NCBI GenBank assembly: GCA_016839765.1
Contig: JAEOTP010000043.1
Span: 32,001-96,000, forward strand
Reading direction: 5' to 3'
Length of the DNA: 64,000 nt
Source of the DNA: Promethearchaeota archaeon
Lineage (GTDB): Archaea; Asgardarchaeota; Lokiarchaeia; Sigyniarchaeales; SOKP01
The notes beneath the pieces are model-generated. The model was not told where the DNA came from. It searched no databases and saw only the letters and a list, made by a program, of their open reading frames with translations. Made by a program: the position numbers and the translations under genes. How positions within the stretch are numbered: the stretch's first letter is position 1; every line of letters starts with the position of its first letter. Positions 51,614 to 61,957 of the stretch are shown here, in pieces.

Positions 51614-52822
51614 TTATCCCATCTTTTCAACTAATTTGTCAATTATACTTTTAAAATCCAAATCTTCTGGTCTTGGAACAAATTTTAACTCTATTTTTTC
51701 ATCCAAAACATCAATACCGGTGGTTTTCAGTTCTTTAATTATTTCTTTAACTGCCCCTCCACCCCAACCATAAGATCCAAAAGCCATACCTATTTTATTC
51801 ATAGGTTTTAATCCTCGTTGATAGCTTAAATACTCTGCAACTAAGGGATATAGACCATTGTTTAGTGTTGGGCTTCCTACTAAAATAGCTTTAGCTTTCA
51901 TTGCCTCAGTAATAACATCAGAGTAATCTGCATTTGTTAATCTAAATCTCTTTACTGTTATGCCTCTATGGCTGATCTCTTTAAATAATTCTTTAGCAAT
52001 TTTTTCAGTACTACCCCACATTGTATCATACACAATCAAGACACTTTTTCCATCAATTTCTCCTGCCGACCATTTTTTATATGCTTCCACAATTTTGCCG
52101 ATGTGGGTTCGCCAGCAAACTCCATGGGAAGGGCAAATAATATCAATAGGTAAGGCTCCAACTTTTGGTAATACTTTTGCTATAAGTCCCGATAAATGGA
52201 GCAAAATATTGGCATAATATTTCTCTGCTTCCCACATTATTTCAGAAATATCATTTTCATCATCCCATCGCATCGATGTAGCTAAATGTTGTCCAAAAGC
52301 ATCATTTGAAAATAAAATATTTTTTCCATTTTCATCTATCATAAAAGATACCATTGAATCAGGCCAATGAATCATAGGTATTGGTACAAATGCAAATTTC
52401 TTACCGTTTCCAATATCTAATGTATCACCTTCCTTGACTGCTCTAATCTTATCAAATACTTCAGATTCTACTTCTTCATGGAAGTGAAGTCTTAAATTAT
52501 CAACTCCTCTTGTTGAAGCGATAATTTCAGCATTCGGTAAATGCTTAAGTAAAAGGGGAAAAGAACCAGAATGATCCATCTCAACATGATTTATGATTAA
52601 ATAATCGATTTCTTTTGGATCACACACATCTTTTATGTTTTTTAAGTAGTATTCAAAATAAGGACGCTTTACTGTATCAATTAAGACTGTTTTATTCCCT
52701 GATTTAACTATATACGCATTATAGGAAGAACCTTTATGTGTTGAGTATCCATGGAAATTTCTAACTTCAAAATCGATATATCCAACGAAATTTACATCTT
52801 TCATTAATTCTAAATGTGTCAT
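51614..52822 (-). CDS. fprA: Flavodiiron protein (FprA; O2/NO reductase)
   Basis: NHVEMDHSG, HWPD, SNDAFG, PSHG, flavodoxin DTMWGSTE, FGSYGW. Confidence 0.93.
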   Translation of the reverse strand: MTHLELMKDVNFVGYIDFEVRNFHGYSTHKGSSYNAYIVKSGNKTVLIDTVKRPYFEYYLKNIKDVCDPKEIDYLIINHVEMDHSGSFPLLLKHLPNAEIIASTRGVDNLRLHFHEEVESEVFDKIRAVKEGDTLDIGNGKKFAFVPIPMIHWPDSMVSFMIDENGKNILFSNDAFGQHLATSMRWDDENDISEIMWEAEKYYANILLHLSGLIAKVLPKVGALPIDIICPSHGVCWRTHIGKIVEAYKKWSAGEIDGKSVLIVYDTMWGSTEKIAKELFKEISHRGITVKRFRLTNADYSDVITEAMKAKAILVGSPTLNNGLYPLVAEYLSYQRGLKPMNKIGMAFGSYGWGGGAVKEIIKELKTTGIDVLDEKIELKFVPRPEDLDFKSIIDKLVEKMG

Positions 52823-53016
52823 TATTCAATTCATCAATTTTTTAGGATTTATTTTATTATCTATGTTTAGTTTCATCACGATTATAAATTTAATTTCTAT
52901 ATCTCATAAAAAGTTTTTAAGATTGAATTATTTGGATTATAAATTAATGAATTATGTTGTTTCTAAAAAAATTCCCCCTAAAAATTAAAAAAAAGAATTA
53001 GTATTAATGTATACTT

Positions 53017-53157
53017 TTAATCTGAGATTTTTGTGAAGAAACTCTTATCTACTCCACATACAGGGCATACCCAGTCATCAGGTAAATCCTCAAATTTAGT
53101 ACCTTCGGCATCTTCATCATATACATAGCCGCAAGCACCACATTCCCATTTTGCCAT
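53017..53157 (-). CDS. Rubredoxin (46 aa; missed by the ORF track)
   Basis: [46 protein letters not shown]; GAGG RBS upstream. Confidence 0.95.
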   Translation of the reverse strand: MAKWECGACGYVYDEDAEGTKFEDLPDDWVCPVCGVDKSFFTKISD

Positions 53158-53275
53158 GGTATAAACAACCTCTTGTTATAAAAATTAATTTTAAATTGTT
53201 TGGATTTGTTAATCGAATATTTATTAAAAATATTAATTTAATATTTTATAAATACGAAACTATTCTGATTGTTGA

Positions 53276-54337
53276 ATGAGCTTAGATTCAAAAATAACTT
53301 CGAATAAAAATAAGGAAAACATAAAAGAATTCGACATTTTAAGAGGATTTGCTATAATATTTGTTGTTATAATCCATACTTTTGGTTTAGTTTATCACTA
53401 TAATGAAGGGATTGAATATCTTCTAACATATGGTATTATTTTCATTATAGCACAATCAGCTGTACCAATATTCCTTTTTATTTCTGGTTATTTTTTGCGT
53501 TTAAAATATGTAAATCAAAATTCTTTAAAATCAATTTTTAAATCTAGAGTTAAAAAAATAATTCTGCCGTATCTATTATTTTCAATAATTTATCTTTTAT
53601 ATAATAACTGGAGATTCAATCTAAATACGAATTTTTTAGAAGGGATTTATCAAATATTAACATTTTCTGTAGAATTTCATTTCTGGTTTCTTGGGTTATT
53701 AATTTCTTTTTATATATTCTTTCCGTTAATAAATAAATGTTTTGAAAAATTTAATAAGGTTAAGCTTTTAGCTGGCTCATTTATTTTACAAGTAATATGG
53801 GTTGTTCTTGAAATTAGCACATATAAACAATTTTTATTTAATCCAGATATGCAAGTATTAATTTTTTTTATTAAACACACTTTTATCTCTTATATCTTTT
53901 ATTTTATTTTAGGTATGTATTTTGCTGAGAATTATAACCAGATTGTGGATAAATTAAATAATAAGAAGAGACTTTTTATAGAAATACTAATTTTAATCCC
54001 TTCAATTTTGTTAAGCTATTATTATATCATGGATTTAGTATATTTTAAATTAATAACCTTGCCTTTAAGCATACTAGCAATATTGATTTTTTATAAAGTA
54101 AGTCTTTATTTGAAAGAAAGGAAAATAGGAAATTTACTTGGTTTTTTTGGAAGATATTCATATGGCATTTATTTAATCCACCCCTTAATCACTAGTTTGA
54201 TAGGACAAATATTTGAAATTGGAGCTCTGTTCTACTTAATATTGTTTATTAATGTATGTGTTTTTAGTTTATGCATAATTTACCTCATCAATCTTTTACC
54301 TTATAGTGAGATTTTAATAGGAAAAGTTAGGAAATAA
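53276..54337 (+). CDS. Acyltransferase-3 (OafA-like) membrane protein
   Basis: DILRGFAI..VVIIH, AVPIFLFISGY, HFWFL, SYGIYLIH. Confidence 0.88.
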   Translation: MSLDSKITSNKNKENIKEFDILRGFAIIFVVIIHTFGLVYHYNEGIEYLLTYGIIFIIAQSAVPIFLFISGYFLRLKYVNQNSLKSIFKSRVKKIILPYLLFSIIYLLYNNWRFNLNTNFLEGIYQILTFSVEFHFWFLGLLISFYIFFPLINKCFEKFNKVKLLAGSFILQVIWVVLEISTYKQFLFNPDMQVLIFFIKHTFISYIFYFILGMYFAENYNQIVDKLNNKKRLFIEILILIPSILLSYYYIMDLVYFKLITLPLSILAILIFYKVSLYLKERKIGNLLGFFGRYSYGIYLIHPLITSLIGQIFEIGALFYLILFINVCVFSLCIIYLINLLPYSEILIGKVRK

Positions 54338-54539
54338 CTCCTTAAATCCTATTTTAAATCCTATTTTAAATAAAAATCTTATGTATTATTCCAAGTCCTT
54401 TTTAATAAAAAAATTCTTAGATGAACGACACTTCGGACATCGATAATTATTTTCTAATTTTTCAAAAGGAATCTCTTTCTCTCCATTAATATATAAATAA
54501 TTGCATCTTTTACAGCGATATATTGTCATAATTTAAGCC

Positions 54540-55880
54540 TCAATTTTTAATAAATTCATCTTTAGAACCACCACATCCCACACATTTGAAATCAGCTGCT
54601 AAATCTTTGAACAAAACTTCCATTTCTGTCTCATCATATTCCCATCCACAACTAGGACACCTCCAAATATACAATTCAAGTAACTCTTTCATCATATCTT
54701 TATTAATTTCTTTGTTCATATTTTGACTTACAAAACTGAGATTTTTACTCTCCCCAAATAAAATCGCACCCTTTAGTTTATTATCTTTTAGTACAATCTT
54801 CTGATAACAACAATCTTTCTTATCAGCTTTTCTTAAAATTTCCCAAGCTCCGCTTTCTTCTTCAGGAGGGTTAATTTGTCCGATTGAAGTTAAATTAATT
54901 CCTACAATTTTTAGGGTATTTTTGGGAGTTGTGCCACTATACTTTATCTTTTCTTTTCCTAGAATGTAAGAAGCTAATATCTTAGATTGCTCAACACATG
55001 CGGGAATAATACCGTAGATTTGATTATTATATTCTATACAATCTCCTAATGCAAATATATCTTCCATACTAGTTTCTAGGAACTGATTTACTACTATGCC
55101 TCTATTTGTATTAATTCCCGCATCTTTAGCAATATCAATTGTTGGTCTTATGCCTGCTTGAATTAACACTATCTCACTTTTAAAAATTCTGCCATCCTTT
55201 AATTTAATTCCCTCAACTTCCCCATTTATTAAAATTTCTTCCGTTTCTGCACCTAATACAACTTTAATACCCATTTTCTCTATTTCTGCCTTAAGCATTT
55301 CTCCACATTCAGTATCTAATTGACGTGGTAAAAGGCGTGGAAAAAATTCTACAACTGTAGTATCTAAATTACAATCTTTTATTTGACGAGCTAATTCTAG
55401 TCCTAATAATCCGCCTCCTATGATAATAGCCCTTTTTACTTCGTTTCCTTTAATATATTCTCTGATATTTAAAGCATCATCAATAGATCTTAAAGTAAAG
55501 ACCCCCTTTCCAACCATACTAACAGCATTTTTAATAGAGGATGGTATGTTTGGGATACTACCCAGAGCAAGAACTAATTTATCATATGATACTGGTTCTT
55601 TTCCGCTTTCAATAATTAGTTCTTTCTCACTAGGTTTAATTTCAACGATTTTTTTTCCCAAATAAGAATCAATTCTGTTATTTGTATACCAATCCTCATT
55701 ATAAACTATTAAATCTTTTATTTTTATTTTTCCGGGAATAAGTTCTGGCGTTTTTATTCTCCAATAATAGGGATAGGGTTCTTGAGAATAAATATCAAGT
55801 TCAACTTCTTTATCTAAAGCTCTGATATTTTGAGCAGTGAAAATCCCAGCAATCCCGTTTCCAACAATGACAATTTTCAT
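54540..55880 (-). CDS. NAD(P)H:rubredoxin oxidoreductase-like flavoprotein with C-terminal rubredoxin domain
   Basis: GNGIAG, GGGLLGLE, ALGDC; C-terminal CPSCG..CVGCG. Confidence 0.85.
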   Translation of the reverse strand: MKIVIVGNGIAGIFTAQNIRALDKEVELDIYSQEPYPYYWRIKTPELIPGKIKIKDLIVYNEDWYTNNRIDSYLGKKIVEIKPSEKELIIESGKEPVSYDKLVLALGSIPNIPSSIKNAVSMVGKGVFTLRSIDDALNIREYIKGNEVKRAIIIGGGLLGLELARQIKDCNLDTTVVEFFPRLLPRQLDTECGEMLKAEIEKMGIKVVLGAETEEILINGEVEGIKLKDGRIFKSEIVLIQAGIRPTIDIAKDAGINTNRGIVVNQFLETSMEDIFALGDCIEYNNQIYGIIPACVEQSKILASYILGKEKIKYSGTTPKNTLKIVGINLTSIGQINPPEEESGAWEILRKADKKDCCYQKIVLKDNKLKGAILFGESKNLSFVSQNMNKEINKDMMKELLELYIWRCPSCGWEYDETEMEVLFKDLAADFKCVGCGGSKDEFIKN

Positions 55881-55970
55881 AGAATTAATAGGTTATTCAC
55901 CGTATTTTAAACTTATTATTATAGGTTGAAAATTCTTCATGCTTCAATTTAATTTTCAATTTTTAATTTC

Positions 55971-55990
55971 AATTAGAACATGTTCTAATT
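55971..55990. promoter_or_regulatory. Perfect 20-bp palindrome, putative operator (GAACATGTTC core)
   Basis: AATTAGAACATGTTCTAATT between the divergent NROR and cooS genes. Confidence 0.65.
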
Positions 55991-56091
55991 TAATTTTAAA
56001 TCAAAGCGAACATTTGTTATGTTTAGTTTATAAGAACCAAATTTATTAATTAAATTATCTTAAAAAACAAAACAAAAAGAGGTTATGAATC

Positions 56092-57996
56092 ATGGAAGGA
56101 GAAAGAATTTCTTATCATAAATCTGTTCAAAAAGTATATGAACGCATAAAAAATGATGGAATGGTTAGTATTTGGGATCGCTTTGAAGCACAAGGATTTG
56201 GAGGAAATCCTGATAAACGATGTCCATTTTGTCTAAAAGGTGCTCGCTGTGATTTATGCTCTAATGGCCCTTGTCGCGCTGATGCTTCTATTGATAAAAG
56301 GGGAGTATGTGGAATTACTGCAGATGGAATGGCCATGCGAATGATGCTTCTTAGAAATGTAATGGGAACTTCAACCTATCATTATCATACCGAAACTACT
56401 CTAAGAACATTAAAGGCTACAATTGAGGGAAAAACCCCTTTTAAAATAAGTGAACCTGAAAAGTTAAAAAATTTTGCAAATCGTCTTGGAATTGATACTT
56501 CTGGTGATATTAACCAGATTGCGTTGAGATTACATAATTTTGTTAAAGAAGATTTTAATCGCTCTTATATCGAACCAAGTAAAATTGTGGAAGCCTTAGC
56601 TCCAAAAGAAAGGCAAGAAGTATGGAGAAAATTGGGTATATTTCCGGGCGGCGTTTACGGAGAAATGATGTTTTCGACAAGCTCATGTTTAACTAACGTA
56701 GATGGTTATTATGCTAGTCTTGCCTTGAAAGCCATGCGTTTAGGAATAGCTATGGCATATCAAAGTCAAATTGTGAATGAATTCATCCAAGACATTTTAT
56801 TTAACGTTCCGAGACCCCATAAAATGCGGGTAAATCTAGGAGTGTTAGATCCTGATTATGTTAACATCTTACCTAATGGTCATGAACCATTCTTAGGATT
56901 TGCCATGGTTCAATTAGCACGTAAACCCGAATGGCAAGAAAAAGCGAAGTCTGTGGGCGCAAAAGGATTAAGAATTATAGCTAATATAGAAACTGGTCAG
57001 GAGATGATCCAAAGATGGGAAATGGATGATGTATTTTATGGTTTTACTGGAAATTGGATTATGCAGGAAGCAGTTTTTGCAAGTGGATGCATTGATGCAT
57101 TTGTTTGTGATATGAATTGTTGTATGCCTATTGATCCTCTATATGCAGAAAAGTACAAATTCAAATTAATCCCTGTATCAGAGGTGGTTGTTTTTGAGGG
57201 AGTTGATGAAAGAGTTGATTATATTCCAGAAAAAGCAGAGGAACAAGCAGCTAAATTACTTCAAATGGCAATAGATAACTTTAAAGAACGACGTGCTGAT
57301 ATTGAGCCTGTTACTGGACTCGATATCAATGAAGCTGTGGTTGGATTTTCTGCTGAAAGCATATTGGAAGCATTAGGAGGCACACTTGAACCATTATTGG
57401 ATGCTATTAAAGATGGAACAATCAGAGGGATTGCAGGATTAGTATCTTGCACAACTCTTCGTGATAATGGTCAAGATGTCCATACTATTGATATTGCAAA
57501 AGAATTAATAAAGAGAGATGTTTTAGTGTTATCAATGGGATGTGGAAACGGCGGACTCCAAGTTGCTGGTTTATGCTCACCAGAAGCAAGGGAGTTAGCA
57601 GGACCAGGACTTAAAGCTCTTTGCGAAAAACTCGGCACTCCACCAGTTTTAAGTTATGGAACTTGTACAGATACCGGTCGCGTGGCAGATCTTGTTGCAG
57701 CGGTGTCAAATGCCTTAGGAGGTGTTCCAATCCCCGATTTACCCGTTGTTGCTGTTGCACCAGAATATATGGAGCAAAAGGCTACGATTGATGCTATTTT
57801 TGCCTTAGCATTTGGACTTTACACTTATGTTAATCCGGTTCCTACAGTTACAGGAGGTCCGGACTTAGTTAAACTCTTAACTATAGATTGTAAAGATATA
57901 ACTGGCGGTATATTACACGTTGAAACTGATACGAAAGAGGCTGTTGATGCTATGTTAGAGCATATCGAATCAAATAGGAGAAAACTCGGAATTTAA
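56092..57996 (+). CDS. cooS: CooS-family (Ni-CODH/HCP superfamily) protein with atypical cluster ligands
   Basis: CDLCSNGPC..GVCG, NGHEP, DMNC, GTCTD, EQKA; IETG where CCTG is typical. Confidence 0.85.
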   Translation: MEGERISYHKSVQKVYERIKNDGMVSIWDRFEAQGFGGNPDKRCPFCLKGARCDLCSNGPCRADASIDKRGVCGITADGMAMRMMLLRNVMGTSTYHYHTETTLRTLKATIEGKTPFKISEPEKLKNFANRLGIDTSGDINQIALRLHNFVKEDFNRSYIEPSKIVEALAPKERQEVWRKLGIFPGGVYGEMMFSTSSCLTNVDGYYASLALKAMRLGIAMAYQSQIVNEFIQDILFNVPRPHKMRVNLGVLDPDYVNILPNGHEPFLGFAMVQLARKPEWQEKAKSVGAKGLRIIANIETGQEMIQRWEMDDVFYGFTGNWIMQEAVFASGCIDAFVCDMNCCMPIDPLYAEKYKFKLIPVSEVVVFEGVDERVDYIPEKAEEQAAKLLQMAIDNFKERRADIEPVTGLDINEAVVGFSAESILEALGGTLEPLLDAIKDGTIRGIAGLVSCTTLRDNGQDVHTIDIAKELIKRDVLVLSMGCGNGGLQVAGLCSPEARELAGPGLKALCEKLGTPPVLSYGTCTDTGRVADLVAAVSNALGGVPIPDLPVVAVAPEYMEQKATIDAIFALAFGLYTYVNPVPTVTGGPDLVKLLTIDCKDITGGILHVETDTKEAVDAMLEHIESNRRKLGI

Positions 57997-58081
57997 AATT
58001 CTTTTTTTTTATTTCTTTTTTCATTTTTATCTAATACAATAATCATTTACAAAATCATCAACTTTTTTTTGGATGTAGATT

Positions 58082-58097
58082 TTCGAATATGTTCGAA
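58082..58097. promoter_or_regulatory. Putative operator, copy 2
   Basis: TTCGAATATGTTCGAA, with extra half-sites at 58103-58120. Confidence 0.55.
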
Positions 58098-58177
58098 TTT
58101 AGTGTTCGAATTTTTGAACAGAATGCGTTAAGAATAGTATTAAAAAGTAGGAAATAAAAGAATTATTTAGAGAAAAA

Positions 58178-59638
58178 ATGAAAAAGAAATCCAAAACACA
58201 TATTATAATTTTTATGACATTAATAAATCTTTTCGCTTTATCGTCTCTAATTATTAATTATAATCTCACTTTTAATGTGGGAAATGGTGGTAGTAGTTCA
58301 GAATATTACGATAAAGCTAATTTAGATAATGAAAGTTTAAAGCTCTCAAAAATATCGGGAAACATTCATATCATCAATAATTCAGGGTGGGCAGATTTCA
58401 GAAACGATGGAAATTGTACGGGTTCAGGCACGTATTCCGATCCTTATGTAATTAAAGATTTGGTAATCGATGGCGGAGGTTCGGGAAGTTGCATCTTAAT
58501 TGAGAATTCTAACGTATATTTTAGAATTGAAAATTGTACTCTTTACAATTCGGCAGGTGAATTCCCTAATGCGGGAATCCGATTATCAAATGTTGATAAT
58601 TCTCAATTAATTAATAACAATTGCTCATTTAATTACTATGGGATATATTTAAAAGAAAGTAAAAATAATCAGATTTCAGGAAACACTGCAAATAATAATG
58701 GTTATGGGATAGAAATAGCTTGGAGTAATTACAACATGGTTTCAGGAAATATAGCAAATAACAATTATGATGGGATAGGTTTAGTAATAAGGTTGAGTAA
58801 TTATAACACCATTTCGGGAAACACCGCTAAATACAACAGGACGGGGATATGGGTATTAGACAGTAATAAAAACAACATTTCAGGAAACGATGTAAATTTC
58901 AACAGCTATAATGGCATTTTTTTATATCGTAGTGATAATAACGAGATTTCAGGAAACACCGCAAATAACAATGATTATGGGATACGAATAGAATTTTGTA
59001 ATAATAATCAGATTTCGGAAAATATAGCAAGTCACAATAATGATTATGGGATATATTTAGAAAATAGTGATGATAATCAGATTTCGGGAAACAATGCAAG
59101 CTACAACGCTGATGATGGAATAAAATTAGAGCATGGTAATAATAACATCATTTCGGGAAACACCGTAAATAACGATTATGATACTGGGATACTTTTATTT
59201 TTTAGTAGCAACAACATCATTTCGGGAAACACCGCAAATAACAACGGCAAGGATGGGATATATTTATCTCTTAGCGATTATAATACGGCTTCGGAAAATA
59301 GTGTAACTAACAACACCACTGGGATATATTTATCTCTTAGCGATTATAATACGGCTTTGGAAAATAGTGTAACTAACAACACCACTGGGATATATTTAAG
59401 GGAAAGTAATAATAATATTGTTTCAGGAAATAAATTAACTGGAAATGATGAATGCATCGTAGAAGAAAATTGTCAAGGAAACAAATTTAGTGGTAATGGT
59501 GATTGCATTTATGGTCAAGGTGATGGTGAAGGATTTCCTTTAGAATTGATTATAATAATCTCGATTATCAGCGGAGGGGCAGTTATTGGCGTAGCAACCC
59601 TCCTGTTAATAAGACGCAAAAAAATTAGGAAAAAATAA
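58178..59638 (+). CDS. Surface NosD/CASH parallel beta-helix protein with N- and C-terminal TM segments
   Basis: GSGTYSDPYVI, repeated NNxISGNxAxxNxxGIxL, C-terminal TM plus basic tail. Confidence 0.88.
   Translation: MKKKSKTHIIIFMTLINLFALSSLIINYNLTFNVGNGGSSSEYYDKANLDNESLKLSKISGNIHIINNSGWADFRNDGNCTGSGTYSDPYVIKDLVIDGGGSGSCILIENSNVYFRIENCTLYNSAGEFPNAGIRLSNVDNSQLINNNCSFNYYGIYLKESKNNQISGNTANNNGYGIEIAWSNYNMVSGNIANNNYDGIGLVIRLSNYNTISGNTAKYNRTGIWVLDSNKNNISGNDVNFNSYNGIFLYRSDNNEISGNTANNNDYGIRIEFCNNNQISENIASHNNDYGIYLENSDDNQISGNNASYNADDGIKLEHGNNNIISGNTVNNDYDTGILLFFSSNNIISGNTANNNGKDGIYLSLSDYNTASENSVTNNTTGIYLSLSDYNTALENSVTNNTTGIYLRESNNNIVSGNKLTGNDECIVEENCQGNKFSGNGDCIYGQGDGEGFPLELIIIISIISGGAVIGVATLLLIRRKKIRKK
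59254..59398 (+). repeat. 66-bp in-frame tandem duplication (~2.2 copies, one mismatch)
   Basis: TGGGATATATTTA recurs at 59254, 59320 and 59386; encodes GIYLSLSDYNTA(S/L)ENSVTNNTT twice. Confidence 0.92.
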
Positions 59639-59683
59639 CTTTTTTTTAAAGATTGGTTGCTCATATAAGAAACTAATATATCT

Positions 59684-59699
59684 CTTGAACATGTTCGAA
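59684..59699. promoter_or_regulatory. Putative operator, copy 3
   Basis: CTTGAACATGTTCGAA just upstream of an AT-rich TATA-like stretch before the ferredoxin gene. Confidence 0.6.
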
Positions 59700-59735
59700 A
59701 TTAAAAATATATAATCACTTCCATTTTTTTTAAAC

Positions 59736-60521
59736 ATGACTGAAGTAAAACAACATAAATTAATAAAACGAAAAATTATCAAGATCGATGAAGATCTTTG
59801 TACAGGATGCGGTAATTGTGTCCTAGATTGTGCAGAGGGAGCTTTAAAAGTAATCGATGGAAAGGCTAGGGTTATAAATGAAGTTTTCTGTGATGGTCTG
59901 GGTGCGTGCATTTCTGGTTGTCCTGAGGGCGCGCTTGAAATAATCGAACGAGAGGCTCTGGAGTTTGATGAGGAGGCTGTTGAGAAACATTTAGAGACTA
60001 TGAAACATAACGAAAAAGTTGAAACAGACCAATTGAAAAAAATTGTTGCTGAACATGCTCATCAATGCGGTTGTCCTTCAGCTCAAACGATGGTATTCAG
60101 TGAGCCAGAAACTAACTCAGAAGTAACAGGAAAGATTTCCTCAGCTCTACGGCAATGGCCTGTTCAAATGCATTTAATCAATCCACGAGCTCCATATTAT
60201 CAAGGGGCGGATGTATTATTATCAGCGGATTGTGTTGGTTTTTCCTATGGTGATTTTCATAGAGACTTCTTAAAGCAAAAATCGATTGCGATTGCTTGCC
60301 CTAAACTTGATCAAGGTAAAGAGATTTATATTGAAAAAATTAAATCATTGATTGATGACGCTAAAATAAACACCCTTACCGTTGCGATTATGGAAGTTCC
60401 TTGTTGTTCAGGCTTATTAGCTTTAGCTCAAGAAGGTGCTAAACGAGCAACCAGAAAGGTTCCTATCAAATATATTGTTGTAGGCGTCCAAGGGGATATT
60501 TTAAAAGAAGAATGGATATAA
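59736..60521 (+). CDS. 4Fe-4S dicluster protein with Cys-rich C-terminal domain
   Basis: CTGCGNCVLDC, CDGLGACISGCP, GCP, QWPVQ, ADC, IACPKLD, MEVPCC. Confidence 0.85.
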   Translation: MTEVKQHKLIKRKIIKIDEDLCTGCGNCVLDCAEGALKVIDGKARVINEVFCDGLGACISGCPEGALEIIEREALEFDEEAVEKHLETMKHNEKVETDQLKKIVAEHAHQCGCPSAQTMVFSEPETNSEVTGKISSALRQWPVQMHLINPRAPYYQGADVLLSADCVGFSYGDFHRDFLKQKSIAIACPKLDQGKEIYIEKIKSLIDDAKINTLTVAIMEVPCCSGLLALAQEGAKRATRKVPIKYIVVGVQGDILKEEWI

Positions 60522-60538
60522 TTTTTCTATTATTTTTT

Positions 60539-61192
60539 TTAAGATTGAAACATAACTTTTTTTTTAATAATTTTTCTTAACATAACTGATAAAGCAGATT
60601 TTGATTTGCCCAATTTATTAGCTAGTTCTTCTAATGATATTTTTCGAGGGATTTCAAAAAACCCTAAGCTTAGAGCTTTATCCAGAATTTGGGATTCTTC
60701 CAAACTTAATTTATATCTTTCATCATCAAGATCATAAGGGGCTTTTCCAATTCTCAATAAATCATAAGAAATATTTTTTTCTTCAAAGAGCGTTAACAAT
60801 TTATCAATTCTCTCTCTGCTCGAAATTAGCCTCCAGTAAGCATATCCTTCTTTGACTCTAACTGGAAAATTAACCAGTACCCCACATTGAATTACAGCAT
60901 ATAATAAGTAGGGATCCTTTGTTTTTACATTAATTCTAACTTTGGTTTCTTCCTTTTCTAAAATACCAAATTCGAAAACTGAGGCATGATTTTTAATTTT
61001 TTCTATAATAGAGTCTATATTATAATGCATGATCTCAATTATTGCATTTCCGATTGACTTTTCAAGATCGTATGGTAAAAAATATTCAATTTCCATTCTA
61101 ACGTCCTGAAAATTATTGAAAATATCTGCGAACCACAGGTCTTTCGGAAATTTAATTTTGATTCTTGCTAAACTTGTTTTGCTTGAATCCAT
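60539..61192 (-). CDS. Bacterio-opsin activator-type (HTH_10) regulator
   Basis: ALSLGFFEIPRKISLEELANKLGKSKSALS. Confidence 0.85.
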   Translation of the reverse strand: MDSSKTSLARIKIKFPKDLWFADIFNNFQDVRMEIEYFLPYDLEKSIGNAIIEIMHYNIDSIIEKIKNHASVFEFGILEKEETKVRINVKTKDPYLLYAVIQCGVLVNFPVRVKEGYAYWRLISSRERIDKLLTLFEEKNISYDLLRIGKAPYDLDDERYKLSLEESQILDKALSLGFFEIPRKISLEELANKLGKSKSALSVMLRKIIKKKVMFQS

Positions 61193-61277
61193 TGAAGGTG
61201 GTAGTCTTGAAGAATTTAAAATATTTTTTAGAAATAATTGGTAATTATAAATAAGAAATAAAAATAGTAATATTATT

Positions 61278-61883
61278 ATGGAAGAAAATAAGACCCTTCT
61301 GTTAGGAATTTGTGGAAGTCCCAGAAAGCAAGGTACTGAATTTTCTGTTCAATATGCTCTAAATTATGCAGCAGAGAAATTTAATTTTGAGACCGATTTT
61401 TGGACTGTTAGAAATAAAGAGATTAAATTTTGTATTCATTGTGATTATTGCATCCGTGAAAAAAAAGGGTGTGTTCATGAGGATGATTTACAAGAATTAT
61501 ATCCTAAGTTAGAACGAGCAGAATTCTTACTTTTTGGCACTCCTGTCTTTCAAGGAAATTTGTCTGGTCAGTTAAAGACTGTGATGGATCGTTGTCGAGC
61601 ACTAGTAGCAAAAAATCCGGGTGTTTTTAAAAATAAAATTGGAATGGCATTAGCAGTTGGTGGTGATCGAACCGGCGGACAAGAGATTGCAATTAGGAGT
61701 ATTTTAGACTTTTTCCAGCAAAATCATATTATTACTGTTTCTGGAGGGGCATTTGGTGCAAATTTAGGAGCAAGCTTATGGACAAAAGATAAAGGAAAAG
61801 AAGGAATTGAACAAGATGAAGAAGGTCTAAGATCCATAAGAAAAGTCATTAAGAGATTAGCCGAATTTAAGAATAAAATCTAA
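61278..61883 (+). CDS. Iron-sulfur flavoprotein (Isf; flavodoxin family)
   Basis: GSPRK, CIHCDYC..C, GTPVF, GGQE. Confidence 0.88.
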   Translation: MEENKTLLLGICGSPRKQGTEFSVQYALNYAAEKFNFETDFWTVRNKEIKFCIHCDYCIREKKGCVHEDDLQELYPKLERAEFLLFGTPVFQGNLSGQLKTVMDRCRALVAKNPGVFKNKIGMALAVGGDRTGGQEIAIRSILDFFQQNHIITVSGGAFGANLGASLWTKDKGKEGIEQDEEGLRSIRKVIKRLAEFKNKI

Positions 61884-61957
61884 CAACTATGTTCTATAAT
61901 TAATTATATCTTACGAAAAATCTTGAAATAAAAAAAAAATAAAAAAACAATAACACT

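Noticed and set aside
54343-54371. 12-bp tandem repeat TAAATCCTATTT after the acyltransferase gene
   Set aside because: Short AT-rich slippage duplication with no evident function
55976-55985. GAACATGTTC matches the p53 half-site consensus and resembles a Gram-positive LexA box
   Set aside because: Short palindromes match by chance; spacing differs from GAAC-N4-GTTC and no such regulator is seen here
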